Positions 19,718-29,706 of a DNA stretch of 64,000 bases are shown here, in pieces. A program made the position numbers and the translations under genes. The DNA comes from an uncultured delta proteobacterium (GTDB lineage: Bacteria > Desulfobacterota > RBG-13-43-22): contig CAWBOS010000010.1 in NCBI GenBank assembly GCA_963790475.1, positions 32,001 through 96,000 on the forward strand, read 5' to 3'. Within the stretch, counting starts at the first letter, position 1. Each line of letters starts with the position of its first letter. The notes beneath the pieces were generated by a model that saw nothing but the letters and a program-made list of their open reading frames with translations, ran no database searches and was not told where the DNA came from.

Positions 19718-19751
19718 ATCTAAACCAAAGAAAAACTCGTGAGGCGTAAGG

Positions 19752-21317
19752 ATGAAGGTACTACAGCGAATCAAACTGAAGAATTTCAAAAGATTCGAAA
19801 ATTTTGATTCGAATTTCGATGCAAACCTCAACCTTCTAATTGGCGATAACGAATCAGGCAAAAGTACAATCCTACTGGCCGTGGACCTTGTGTTGAGCGG
19901 CAGCAGGGGTAAGATAGAGGCCATTGGTTTGGAGAATCTCTTTAATACAGAAGTTGTCAGTACATTCTTGACTTCCGAGAAGAGGCTTGAGGATTTACCT
20001 ATTCTTTTTGTAGAGGTCTATCTGAATGAACAGAGCGACCCAGACTTCAACGGAAAGAACTGTTCAGAAGACAGAGTATGTGATGGGCTACAGTTTCTGT
20101 GTGAGCCAATCGATGCGCTCGGGAAAGACATAAAACGGATTTTGGACGAGAAAGACCCTGTTTTTCCTTTTGAATACTATGAGACGAAGTTTCTCTCTTT
20201 TGCCGGAAAACCCTACGTGGGTTATAACAGACCCATAAGACATCTTTTCATCGATAACACACAAATCGATAATGAGTATGCAACACGGGAGTACATAAAG
20301 GACCTTTATGATACCAACATCGAAGGAACTGAGAGGAATAAACATCGGAATGAATATAGGAAATACAAAGAGCAGTTCAAGAATAACGTCCTAAGCGGCC
20401 TCAACAAAAGACTCGATAGGTATTCTTTCGTTGTTAAAACAAGTGGCAAAGCGAATTTGGAATCAGACCTCACGATTTGCCAAGATGGGATTACTATCGA
20501 GAATAAAGGAAAGGGGCAGCAATGCTTCATTAAGACGGAGTTCGCTTTGAAAAAACCGGGGCAAAAGAAGAATATTGATATTCTGCTGTTGGAAGAGCCA
20601 GAAAATCACCTGAGCCATATCAACATGAAGAAGCTAATCCACCGAATACAGGAGCCCTCAGAGAAACAGATATTTATAGCGACTCACAGCAATCTCGTTA
20701 GTGCGAGACTTGACCTGAGAAAATGTATTTTGCTGAATAGTAGCAGTACCAATCCTACCTCGCTGGCCGACCTTTCTGAGCCGACGGCAGGGTTCTTCAT
20801 GAAGGCCCCGGACAACAACATTCTTGAGTTTATCTTGTCAAAGAAGGTGGTCCTTGTAGAAGGCGACGCCGAGTATATTTTGGCTGAATCATTTTACAAG
20901 AAGATCACAAAGGAGGCACCCGAAGACTCCGACACACATATAATTTCTGTTGGCGGGACAAGCTTTAAAAGATATCTTGAGTTGGCCCGACTTCTGAAAA
21001 TCAAAACAGCGGTGATTCGTGATAACGACGGAGACTACCAGCAAAATTGTGTCGATAGGTATTCGGAATACATTTGCGATCACATTAAGGTGTTTTCTGA
21101 CGGAGACAATGAGAGGCCTACCTTTGAAATCTGCCTATACGAAGACAATAAGGCTATCTGCGACGATCTCTTTGGGCAACAAAGGAAAACCTTAAGCGTA
21201 AAGGACTACATGCTTAAGAACAAGGCAGAGGCAGCTTTCTTATTGTTGCAGAACAAGGCGGACGCATTGTGTTCGCCGAATTACATAATGAAAGCAATAC
21301 AGTGGATAAGAGAGTAA
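19752..21317 (+). CDS. gajA: Gabija protein GajA (OLD-family ABC ATPase + TOPRIM nuclease)
   Basis: Walker A GDNESGKST, LLLEEPENHL, IATHS, TOPRIM LVEGDAE and IRDND; followed by a short UvrD-like gene. Confidence 0.85.
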   Translation: MKVLQRIKLKNFKRFENFDSNFDANLNLLIGDNESGKSTILLAVDLVLSGSRGKIEAIGLENLFNTEVVSTFLTSEKRLEDLPILFVEVYLNEQSDPDFNGKNCSEDRVCDGLQFLCEPIDALGKDIKRILDEKDPVFPFEYYETKFLSFAGKPYVGYNRPIRHLFIDNTQIDNEYATREYIKDLYDTNIEGTERNKHRNEYRKYKEQFKNNVLSGLNKRLDRYSFVVKTSGKANLESDLTICQDGITIENKGKGQQCFIKTEFALKKPGQKKNIDILLLEEPENHLSHINMKKLIHRIQEPSEKQIFIATHSNLVSARLDLRKCILLNSSSTNPTSLADLSEPTAGFFMKAPDNNILEFILSKKVVLVEGDAEYILAESFYKKITKEAPEDSDTHIISVGGTSFKRYLELARLLKIKTAVIRDNDGDYQQNCVDRYSEYICDHIKVFSDGDNERPTFEICLYEDNKAICDDLFGQQRKTLSVKDYMLKNKAEAAFLLLQNKADALCSPNYIMKAIQWIRE

Positions 21318-22339
21318 TACTTGCTGTTGCAGGTTCAGGCAAGACCACACACATCGTGAATAGTTTAGGCAGCCTCAACCCAGGTGTAAGATCACTTGTT
21401 ATAACGTATACCAGAAACAACCTCAGCAATTTGAGGACCAAGATAATTCGCAAATTCGGATACTTTCCAGAGAACATATCATTGTACGAGTATTTTGCGT
21501 TCTTGTATGGTTTCTGCTTCAGGCCGTTCCTGCTTAGGAATACAAGAGCAAAAGGTATCAACTGGGAGGCGCCGCCAGCTTGGACATTGCGTAAAGAAAG
21601 AACCAGCAAGGAATACTACTTCGACAAGTACAGTAAACTATACCACAACAGAATAGCCAAGTACCTGGAATTTAAAGGTGTCTTGGATCTCGTCAATCAG
21701 CGGATAGAGAGGTACTATGATAATCTTCTTGTTGATGAGGTGCAGGATTTCGGGGGACACGATTTCAACTTTCTTCGGACCATCGTGCAATCAAAAGTGA
21801 CCATACTTTTTGTCGGGGATTTCTACCAACACACATTCGACACAAGCAGGGATGGAAACGTTAACAAGAATCTGTACAGTGACCTGAATGTCTATAAAGG
21901 GCTTCTGAGAAAGATGGGTCTGGCGGTAGATTCGGACACATTGAGCAAGAGCTATAGATGTAGTCCAACGATTTGCCGCTTCATCTCAAAGAATTTGGGG
22001 ATAGATATGGAATCTCACCGAGACGACGAGACGGCAATGCACGCTCTTGCCACAAAAGGTGACGCCGGTGTGGTGCTTAAATGCAACAACACGGTAAAAC
22101 TCTTCTACAGAGAACATTACAAATACGGTTGTTACTCGAAAAACTGGGGCGACTCGAAGGGTGCAGATCACTATTCGGATGTTTGCGTTGTCCTAAATAA
22201 GGAAACATTTCAAAAGTTCCAAAAGAAGCGGCTAAGCGAGTTGAAGCCGCAAACGAGGAACAAGCTTTACGTTGCGTGCACGCGGGCAAGGAACAATCTC
22301 TACTTAATCCCAGAGACTTTCTACCAAGGAAGCGGATGA
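21302..22339 (+). CDS. gajB: Gabija protein GajB (short UvrD-like helicase)
   Basis: GTG start overlapping gajA; AVAGSGKTT, LVDEVQD, VGDFYQ, SYRCS, LYVACTRAR. Confidence 0.85.
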   Translation: MDKRVILAVAGSGKTTHIVNSLGSLNPGVRSLVITYTRNNLSNLRTKIIRKFGYFPENISLYEYFAFLYGFCFRPFLLRNTRAKGINWEAPPAWTLRKERTSKEYYFDKYSKLYHNRIAKYLEFKGVLDLVNQRIERYYDNLLVDEVQDFGGHDFNFLRTIVQSKVTILFVGDFYQHTFDTSRDGNVNKNLYSDLNVYKGLLRKMGLAVDSDTLSKSYRCSPTICRFISKNLGIDMESHRDDETAMHALATKGDAGVVLKCNNTVKLFYREHYKYGCYSKNWGDSKGADHYSDVCVVLNKETFQKFQKKRLSELKPQTRNKLYVACTRARNNLYLIPETFYQGSG

Positions 22340-22388
22340 AGACGGGGTCAGTGAAGTACAGAAGACAATTGTGAATCAGATGGGCATT

Positions 22389-22442
22389 GCCCAACAAAGC
22401 AATCCAGCGGGCGTCTTACAGCCGCTGATTTTGGCGTTATAA
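22389..22442 (+). mobile_element. attC site closing the Gabija cassette
   Basis: GCCCAAC-AAAGC-AATC(C)AGCGG...CCGCTGATT-TTGGC-GTTATAA; TGCCCAAC is the exact complement of GTTGGGCA at 19711. Confidence 0.82.
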
Positions 22443-22459
22443 GGTGAGTTTGTTGAGAA

Positions 22460-23062
22460 ATGAAAACAAATAAGGAAAGTATTATTAGTCGTTGTCCCTG
22501 GGTCGATTTGAGTAATGTCGATTATGTGGAATATCACGATAAGGAATGGGGTGTTCCGGTCTATGAAGACCGATTGATCTTTGAATTTTTGTCTTTGGAA
22601 TCCGCCCAGGCCGGTTTATCCTGGCTCACCGTTCTAAAAAAGAGAGAGAATTACCGCAGGGCCTTTGAAAATTTCGAACCGAAAAAGATTTCCCGATTTG
22701 ATCAGGCCAAAATTGAAGAATTGTTGCTGAATCCCGGAATCATTCGGAATAGATTGAAGATTGAAGCAACGGTAAATAATGCCCGGGAATTTCTTGAAGT
22801 TCAGAAAGAATATGGGAGTTTTTCGAAATATATATGGAGTTTTGTCGGCGGCAAACCCAAAATCAGCAAGATAAGGAAATTAGCGGATTACCCGGCAACC
22901 AGCAAAGAGTCGGACGCCTTGAGCCAAGACTTGAAACATAGAGGTTTTAAATTTTTGGGTTCTACCATATGTTACGCGCATATGCAGGCTACGGGGTTGG
23001 TAAACGACCACTCTCTGGATTGTTTCAGGAGAAGCGAAATAATTGAGCTATATGGAAAATAA
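22460..23062 (+). CDS. tag: DNA-3-methyladenine glycosylase I
   Basis: RCPW, YHDKEWGVP, LESAQAGLSW, GIIRNRLKI, GFKFLGSTICYAHMQATGLVNDH..C. Confidence 0.95.
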   Translation: MKTNKESIISRCPWVDLSNVDYVEYHDKEWGVPVYEDRLIFEFLSLESAQAGLSWLTVLKKRENYRRAFENFEPKKISRFDQAKIEELLLNPGIIRNRLKIEATVNNAREFLEVQKEYGSFSKYIWSFVGGKPKISKIRKLADYPATSKESDALSQDLKHRGFKFLGSTICYAHMQATGLVNDHSLDCFRRSEIIELYGK

Positions 23063-23191
23063 CCCATCCGGTAAGGGCATGTCTGAATTCAATCATTTGT
23101 TTCTTTATTTAGGGGACCTGCCCTAATATTTAAGAAACCAATAAGTCCTGGTTTTGGGAACCTTAGAGTCGGATTAATTTTGGAGGTAAGG

Positions 23192-23692
23192 ATGGACACG
23201 GGGGGAATTGTTCGTGAAGTCTTGAATAACTATGCTTTGCCGGCACGGGGACGGCACGGGGTCGTTCACTGGGCCCGGGTGCTGGAAAACGGTCTATCCC
23301 TGGCGGAAAAGACCGGCGCCAATGTGCAAGTGGTAACCCTCTTTGCCTTATTCCACGACAGCCGACGGGTGAATGAGCATTTGGATGAGGGGCACGGGCT
23401 GCGCGGCGGGGAGTTTGCTCGAACATTTCGGACAACGCTCTTCGATCTCGAAGATCAGGAGTTTGAACTATTTTTTAGGGCCTGCCACTTTCACACCGAC
23501 GGATATACCGAAGGCGATGTGACCCTGCAGACCTGCTGGGATGCCGATCGTCTCGATCTCGGCCGGGTCGGCATCACACCCAAGCCCGATCTTTTATGCA
23601 CTGACGCTGCCCGGGGTCTGGTCGATTGGGCGAATCAACGGGCTGTTAAGGGATATGAACCCGAGATGGTGAACGAGGTCTGGGGATTATGA
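23192..23692 (+). CDS. HD-domain phosphohydrolase-like protein
   Basis: HGVVHWARV, ALFHDSRR, HG.RG, TCWDADRLDL. Confidence 0.85.
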   Translation: MDTGGIVREVLNNYALPARGRHGVVHWARVLENGLSLAEKTGANVQVVTLFALFHDSRRVNEHLDEGHGLRGGEFARTFRTTLFDLEDQEFELFFRACHFHTDGYTEGDVTLQTCWDADRLDLGRVGITPKPDLLCTDAARGLVDWANQRAVKGYEPEMVNEVWGL

Positions 23693-23732
23693 TTCAAGGC
23701 CCATTTATCCGCTTTCCCGATCGCTTCCAGAC

Positions 23733-24473
23733 TTATTTAAGGTATTTTCCATACCAGGCAAAGACCTTTTTCCAACCGTCCACCGCCGCCTCCACCCGGT
23801 AGCTGGGCCGGTCCACAGAAAAGAATCCATGGCCGGCATTTTCATAAGTGTGAAACTCGTAGGTCTTATTATAGCGTTTCAACTCTTCCTCCATACGCCG
23901 AACGTGCTCAGGGGAAGGGTTTTGGTCTTCCGCCCCGAACAGGCCCAGCAAGGGGCAGGCCAGATCCTTGGTCAGGTCAATGGGGGCAACCGTCCAACCC
24001 TTGGTAAGTTCCTCGGGCTTGGCCACCACCCGCCCCCCATAACAATCCACAGCGGCATTGATGCGTTTGATGGTACAAGCCGCCAGGTAAACCTGCCGGC
24101 CGCCTGAACAATACCCGATAATACCGACTTTGCCGCTGTAATAGGGCTGGGTCTCCAGATATCTAATGGCCGCATCGAGATCGCCGATACAGCGTTCGTC
24201 AGGAACCATACCGGCAGCCCAGATCTTGGCCATGATTTCCTCGGGAGTTCCCGGACCCTCACGATGGTGGAGGTGGGGCGAAAACCCAACATACCCGTGA
24301 TAGGCCAGTTTCCTGGTTATTTCTTTGGTGGCTTCATCCCAGCCCGGCAGGTGATGTATCACGACAACCCCCGGAAACGGCCCCGCACCCAGCGGGCGGG
24401 CCAGATACCCTTCAATTAAATCATCATTATGTCCCCTAAAACCGACCGTCTCGGCTATCATCCCTTCGTACAT
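23733..24473 (-). CDS. Dienelactone hydrolase family protein
   Basis: PGVVVIHH, nucleophile GYCSGG, YENAGHGF. Confidence 0.9.
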   Translation of the reverse strand: MYEGMIAETVGFRGHNDDLIEGYLARPLGAGPFPGVVVIHHLPGWDEATKEITRKLAYHGYVGFSPHLHHREGPGTPEEIMAKIWAAGMVPDERCIGDLDAAIRYLETQPYYSGKVGIIGYCSGGRQVYLAACTIKRINAAVDCYGGRVVAKPEELTKGWTVAPIDLTKDLACPLLGLFGAEDQNPSPEHVRRMEEELKRYNKTYEFHTYENAGHGFFSVDRPSYRVEAAVDGWKKVFAWYGKYLK

Positions 24474-24635
24474 GGCAGCTTCCCCCTTTACTAATGATTC
24501 AGTTTCAGTTAATTTAAGTATATAAAAAAGGGATAAGGGTGTCAAGGAGACTGTAATCTCTTCATCGGGGGGAGTGACAAGAATATTAATATCGGATCTT
24601 TTTGAATGAACGAATCACACTAAGAAAGGGGAAAA

Positions 24636-25499
24636 ATGATGGATCAAAAAATCATTAACTTGTTCGATGACTACGCTTGTGAAAGGTTGAATCGTCGTGA
24701 ATTCATCGGGAGGTTGTCTGTCCTTGCCGGGGGGACCGCCGCCGCCCTGGTATTGATGCCTGTCCTGGAGAATAACTTGGCCCAAGCCCAAATCGTTTCC
24801 AAGGATGATCCCCGCCTGGTCACGGAACATATCAAATACCCCGGCCTGACAGGGGATATCCGGGCCTATTCGGCGAAACCGAAAGGAACGGAAAAGCTTC
24901 CTGCAGTTCTCGTCATTCATGAAAACAGGGGATTGGTTCCCCATATCGAAGATGTCACCAGGCGTATTGCCTTGGAGGGTTTTCTGACTTTGGCCCCGGA
25001 TGCCTTAACCCCCCTGGGGGGGACTCCGGAAGACCAAGAAAAAGCACCGGCACTGATTCAACAACTAAACGGTCCGACCACCCTGCAAAACTATCTGGCG
25101 GCGGTGAAATTTTTAAAGAATCATCCTGTTTCCACCGGAAAAGTGGGGGTTGTCGGATTCTGCTGGGGTGGGGGGATGGCCAATCAACTGGCCGTACACT
25201 CACCGGATTTATCGGCCGTGGTGCCCTATTATGGCAAACAGCCCGATCCCGAAGATGTTCCCAAGATCAAAGCCCCTTTGCTCCTTCACTACGCCGGGGT
25301 GGACCAATGGATCAATGGAGGGATTCCGGCTTATGAGGCCGCCCTGAAGAAGGCCTCCGCGGACTATAAGATTTATATGTACGAGGGTGCCCAACATGCC
25401 TTTAACAACGACACCAATCCTGCTCGATATCATAAAGAGGCGGCCCAACTGGCCTGGCAGCGCACCATTGCATTTTTTAAAGAGAAGCTAAAGAATTGA
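24636..25499 (+). CDS. Dienelactone hydrolase family protein (YghX-like, twin-arginine-like leader)
   Basis: NRREFI, VIHENRGL.PHIEDV.RR, VGFCWGG, HAFNNDT. Confidence 0.9.
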   Translation: MMDQKIINLFDDYACERLNRREFIGRLSVLAGGTAAALVLMPVLENNLAQAQIVSKDDPRLVTEHIKYPGLTGDIRAYSAKPKGTEKLPAVLVIHENRGLVPHIEDVTRRIALEGFLTLAPDALTPLGGTPEDQEKAPALIQQLNGPTTLQNYLAAVKFLKNHPVSTGKVGVVGFCWGGGMANQLAVHSPDLSAVVPYYGKQPDPEDVPKIKAPLLLHYAGVDQWINGGIPAYEAALKKASADYKIYMYEGAQHAFNNDTNPARYHKEAAQLAWQRTIAFFKEKLKN

Positions 25500-25521
25500 T
25501 TAAATGATTGGAACCATCTCC

Positions 25522-25601
25522 GTTGCGAGTCACGAGTTGCGGGTTACGAGTTCTTAAAGAAAAGGTTTTATTCTAAACCTGTAACTCGCAACCCGTAACC
25601 C
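25522..25601. repeat. Inverted pair of tandem heptamer arrays (GTTGCGA / AACTCGC type) between convergent genes
   Basis: GTTGCGA GTCACGA GTTGCGG GTTACGA ... AACCTGT AACTCGC AACCCGT AACCC. Confidence 0.75.
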
Positions 25602-25614
25602 TATTCAACTACAT

Positions 25615-26874
25615 TTACTTCCCCATACAACATTTCTTGTACTTTAAACCGCTGCCGCAGGGACAGGGCTCATTGCGGCCGACTTTGGGGGAGGCCGGTA
25701 TGGTCTTGCCTTTGGTCGGAGAATCGGGCCGTTCCAGGGATTGCCGGCGCCATAGACTGGATAGCTGAGAGACAAAAGGTTGGGCATGGGTGAAGAAGTT
25801 TTTATAGCCTGCGCACAGGTAGTTCAGCCCTGCTTGGCCGTCCGGGGTGTGAAGGATGCGATCTTTGGGGCACCCGCCGTGACACATATACAGTACTTCG
25901 CAGTTCCGGCAAAATTGGGGCAGCGTATCCCATTTTGCCCGGCCGAAGGCCCTCTGGGCCGGACTTTCCAATAAATCAACCAGCGCGACTTGCTGAATAT
26001 TTCCCAGGCGGTATTCCTGATCGACGAAATGATCACAGGAATAGAAGTCTCCATTGTGTTCGATAACTGGAATATCACCGCAGGTCTTCCGGAAGATGCA
26101 CAGGGCATGTTCCTGCCCAAAGGCGGTTCTGGCTGTCTCCTCGAATATCTGCACTTTGATCCGTTCGATATCCTCGGCCTTCCATTCATCAAAGATCGTG
26201 CAGAGAAAATCACCCCATGATTCAGCCGGCACAGTTCGAGGACTGACTCCTTGCTCGGTACCCGGATCCAGTTCGATCAAGGGTAGAAAGGTCATATATT
26301 GGGCCTTGATCTGTTTGAAGAACCGGTAAACCTGGTTGGGATAGTCGACGTTCTGGGAATGGACCACGCATAACAGATCGCAGGGGATCCCATGCTCCTG
26401 GAGGATCCGGTAGCCGCGCATTACCTGGGCATGGGTAGCTTTTCCTCCCTTGAAGACACGGTGCTGATCGTGTATTTCCTGCGGTCCGTCCAGGCTGAGA
26501 CCAACGGTAAAATCCTCAGCCGCTAAAAAGCGGCCCCAATCTTCATCAAGGAGGGTGCCGTTAGTCTGCATCCCGTTGAAGATGGACCGGTTGGGGGGCA
26601 GATGTTGGCGTTGGAGGGCCCTGATCTTACGAAAATAATCGAGACCCAGGAGGGTGGGCTCTCCGCCGTGCCAGGAAAAATTGACCGTTGTACCGGGGGC
26701 GGCTTCAATGTGTTGGATGATATATTTTTCCAGGAGGGCATCGGGCATGCGAAACGACTCACCCGCTGGATAGAGGCCTTCTTTCTTCAGGTAGTAACAA
26801 TAATGACAACCCAGGTTGCAGAGGGAACCAATGGGTTTGGTGAAGACCTGGAATTCGCGGGAAGCTCTGACCAT
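25615..26874 (-). CDS. Anaerobic sulfatase-maturating radical SAM/SPASM enzyme with C-terminal SEC-C motif
   Basis: CNLGCHYCYY, WHGGEPTL, YSCDHFV, CRNC...CHGGCPK, GRNEPCPCGSG.KYKKCC. Confidence 0.92.
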   Translation of the reverse strand: MVRASREFQVFTKPIGSLCNLGCHYCYYLKKEGLYPAGESFRMPDALLEKYIIQHIEAAPGTTVNFSWHGGEPTLLGLDYFRKIRALQRQHLPPNRSIFNGMQTNGTLLDEDWGRFLAAEDFTVGLSLDGPQEIHDQHRVFKGGKATHAQVMRGYRILQEHGIPCDLLCVVHSQNVDYPNQVYRFFKQIKAQYMTFLPLIELDPGTEQGVSPRTVPAESWGDFLCTIFDEWKAEDIERIKVQIFEETARTAFGQEHALCIFRKTCGDIPVIEHNGDFYSCDHFVDQEYRLGNIQQVALVDLLESPAQRAFGRAKWDTLPQFCRNCEVLYMCHGGCPKDRILHTPDGQAGLNYLCAGYKNFFTHAQPFVSQLSSLWRRQSLERPDSPTKGKTIPASPKVGRNEPCPCGSGLKYKKCCMGK

Positions 26875-26875
26875 C

Positions 26876-27853
26876 TCATTCAGCCAGGTGCTGGAGTTCC
26901 CGCTGCAGGTCGTCTATTGAGATCGTACCCGGGGCCAGTTTTTCCCGTGCGGCACGGTTGGCTGTTTTTTGCAGCAAGCGGTTTACGGGTGCGGGCACTC
27001 CGTAAAGACGCCCAAGCAAACAGATTTCCCCGTTCAGCCAGTCCGCTTCAATCGTGCCTGTCCCCCGTGTTTGGCTTTGCCACGAAGATCCCCCTTGCCG
27101 CCGGCCGTCACCTATGGGCCGGACCTGGATGAGATTCCCTCGACGGGCCCGAAATTCTTTATCCGTGGAGAAGGCGATACCGGCGGTTCGGTAGCAGGTT
27201 AGCGCTTCCTCCCGGGCAGCTCGGAGGAGATCCCTGCCGTCGGCCTCAGGTCCACAGATGGCCTGAAGGGCATTGCCGAGGTTCAATAAGAGCTTAGCGT
27301 ATTTCTGTCGCATTACCGCGGGATCGGGTTGGGCGCTGAAGTCGGCCTCCCGGAGGTCAGCGCAGACGGCCTCGATCGTGGAGTCGGTCCCCTGAGGATA
27401 TCTTCCGGCATCCAGAATCCCCGGGGTCGGCGCCGAGTTTTGCTGGACGACGCCCGGTTCCAGATGAGTGGCCGGCAGCATGACCACCATGGCATAAACC
27501 TTTTCGAACCGGCGCAGGGCCATGCGTTCGTTGGCTACCCCATTCTGGGTACAGATCACCGGAATGTTGTCGCCGGCCGCGGCCCGAAGGGCCGTAAGCG
27601 CGGCCACTGTGTCCTGAGACTTCATGCCCAGGATGACCAGGTCGTTCTCCCGGAAGGGGATGTCGGCTGGAGTTGACACCGCCGGAATTTTGAAGGTTTG
27701 AGTCCATTCGGGGGTTTCCAATGTGAGTCCGCGCCCTCCGATCACCTCCAGGTGCCGACCGCGGGCAATGAGCACCACCTCCTTGCCGGCCTGATGCAAC
27801 CGGGCCCCGATCACCCCGCCGATAGCCCCTGCACCAAAGATAATGTACCTCAT
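26876..27853 (-). CDS. Ketopantoate reductase (PanE/ApbA) family protein
   Basis: GAGAIGG, KSQDT, QNGV, KLL.NL.N, SSWQS, EAD.LNGEI. Confidence 0.88.
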   Translation of the reverse strand: MRYIIFGAGAIGGVIGARLHQAGKEVVLIARGRHLEVIGGRGLTLETPEWTQTFKIPAVSTPADIPFRENDLVILGMKSQDTVAALTALRAAAGDNIPVICTQNGVANERMALRRFEKVYAMVVMLPATHLEPGVVQQNSAPTPGILDAGRYPQGTDSTIEAVCADLREADFSAQPDPAVMRQKYAKLLLNLGNALQAICGPEADGRDLLRAAREEALTCYRTAGIAFSTDKEFRARRGNLIQVRPIGDGRRQGGSSWQSQTRGTGTIEADWLNGEICLLGRLYGVPAPVNRLLQKTANRAAREKLAPGTISIDDLQRELQHLAE

Positions 27854-27875
27854 AATAAGCCCCCCCATTCTGGAA

Positions 27876-29321
27876 TTATTTTCCGGCAGATTTACCGGAT
27901 TCTAACCATTGCTGATATCGGATGAATTTACTCAAGGCCATGGCCGCCCGCGGGATAGACAGGAAAACGGGAAATCCCGCTCCGGTCAGGGAAACCTGCA
28001 TCTCTTTGGCCAGTTTCCCGGCCCGGTCGGTGACGAAGGAATGTAATATAACGGCCATGGGTTTTTTTACCTTATGGATCAAATCGAGAATCATCACATG
28101 GAAAAGTCCGGTCATCATAGCCTTGTCGTCACCGGAGATCAAACCGAAATGGTCAAAAGCCACATGCAGGATCAACGAATCTACGTTGTTGTCGGCCTCA
28201 ATCATCTTGATGGTTTCAGCAAAGATTTCCGGACTTTCAAAATTATTCATGTCTATGGGATTTTTAAAAATCCGGCCGGCTTCAGAAGAATAAAGTTTTA
28301 TTAAATCCTGTCGCAATTCATTGGAGAATCTGGGCAATTCCAGGCCGGCCCGGGAGAATTCATCGGCGGCGATAACACTGGCACCTCCTCCAATCCCCAC
28401 AATCACCGCATTAATCCCTTTGGGGACCGGCATGTATCGAAAGGCTACGGAGACATCAATCATCTCTTCGATACTCTGGACTTGAATAACCCCGGCCTGC
28501 CTTAATAGTCCCTCCCAAACCGGGGTGGAACCGGCCAGGGCCGTGGTATGCGAAGCCGCTGTCTCAGCTCCGGATTCTGAGGTTCCGACCTTAAATACAA
28601 TAACCGGTTTTATTTTCGCGGCGGCTTTAATGGCCTTCAGAAAACGGAGGCCGTCTTTGATCCCCTCCAGGTAGGCGGTGATGATCTTGGTCTCCGGGTC
28701 ATGGGTTAAATACTCCAGAAAATCCGATTCATTGAGATCGGCACCGTTCCCCATGCTGATGACCTTGCTGAAATGGATACCTCGTGAATTTCCTTCGGCG
28801 ATGGCATGGGATGCGTTCCCCCCGCTTTGAGAAATCATCGCCACCGGGCCGCTCTCTCTGGACACTTCCGGATTGAAGGTCAAGCCGCCTTTAGGACAAT
28901 ACAGCCCCAGACAGTTCGGGCCGATAATCCGAACACCTCCCCCCCGGGCTCTGGCAAGAATTTCCCTTTGCAGCCTTTCCCCTTCCAAATTCTCAATTTC
29001 TCCGAAGCCGGAAGTGAAAAAATGGATGGCCTTTACTCTTTTGGCTACTGCGTCGGTGACCAATTGCGGCGTATTTTTGGACGGGATAGCTGAAATGAGG
29101 TAATCAACCGTGTCCGGTATTTCTTTAACATTTTTATGAACTTTCAGTCCCAGGACTTCCCCGCCGGCGGGGTTGAGGGGATAAAGCCGACCTTTATATC
29201 CAAACTTGATCAGTGCTTCCAAAAACATCAGGCCGGTATTAAATTTTATATTGACATCTTTCACTCCGGCAATAGCGATAGATCGGGGATGAAATAAATA
29301 ATCAAGATCCAAAACACCCAT
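27876..29321 (-). CDS. Acyl-CoA synthetase (NDP-forming) alpha subunit / CoA-binding protein
   Basis: LFHPRSIAIAG, RIIGPNCLG, ISQSGG, GNGADL, AASHT.ALAG, KNPID. Confidence 0.88.
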   Translation of the reverse strand: MGVLDLDYLFHPRSIAIAGVKDVNIKFNTGLMFLEALIKFGYKGRLYPLNPAGGEVLGLKVHKNVKEIPDTVDYLISAIPSKNTPQLVTDAVAKRVKAIHFFTSGFGEIENLEGERLQREILARARGGGVRIIGPNCLGLYCPKGGLTFNPEVSRESGPVAMISQSGGNASHAIAEGNSRGIHFSKVISMGNGADLNESDFLEYLTHDPETKIITAYLEGIKDGLRFLKAIKAAAKIKPVIVFKVGTSESGAETAASHTTALAGSTPVWEGLLRQAGVIQVQSIEEMIDVSVAFRYMPVPKGINAVIVGIGGGASVIAADEFSRAGLELPRFSNELRQDLIKLYSSEAGRIFKNPIDMNNFESPEIFAETIKMIEADNNVDSLILHVAFDHFGLISGDDKAMMTGLFHVMILDLIHKVKKPMAVILHSFVTDRAGKLAKEMQVSLTGAGFPVFLSIPRAAMALSKFIRYQQWLESGKSAGK

Positions 29322-29375
29322 GTTTTACCTTTCCTTTTTATCTTTTGATACAAAATTAGGGTTCAAGCGGAAATA

Positions 29376-29450
29376 AGGCGATAGGGGATAGGACGTTTAA
29401 AGGCTTATCGATACCTCCTAGCCATAGGCCAAGTGCCTCTCGCCTATCCT
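29376..29450. repeat. Degenerate inverted heptamer arrays (AGGCGAT / CCTATCC type)
   Basis: AGGCGAT AGGGGAT AGG ... CCTCTCG CCTATCC. Confidence 0.45.
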
Positions 29451-29706
29451 TTATTTATGTCATATTTTTTCCTAAAAGAAAAGAAAATGAGAAGGCCTTT
29501 ATTTGCCTTGACTTTTCAAATTAAGATATGTTAGAAAAAGTGAGCGAGCGCTCGGAAATGTATCCTATGTTCTCTTTCTTTGAAAAGATGACGCTCGTCA
29601 ATTAGGAGGGGGAGTTTGAAATATTTCAGGACCTGTTTCGACATTTCAACCCTCAGGATAAAACCCGGAATCGACTTTTTATTAAAAGGAAAAGGAGGTA
29701 AGGGAT

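Noticed and set aside
23056-23110. attC after tag
   Set aside because: Only AAATAAC resembles the expected TTATAAC; no L-box stem or GTT end, so cassette status of tag is unproven
29542-29553. GAGCG-AG-CGCTC as TetR-like operator of the crotonase-thiolase operon
   Set aside because: Short, single instance and no regulator nearby; could be chance
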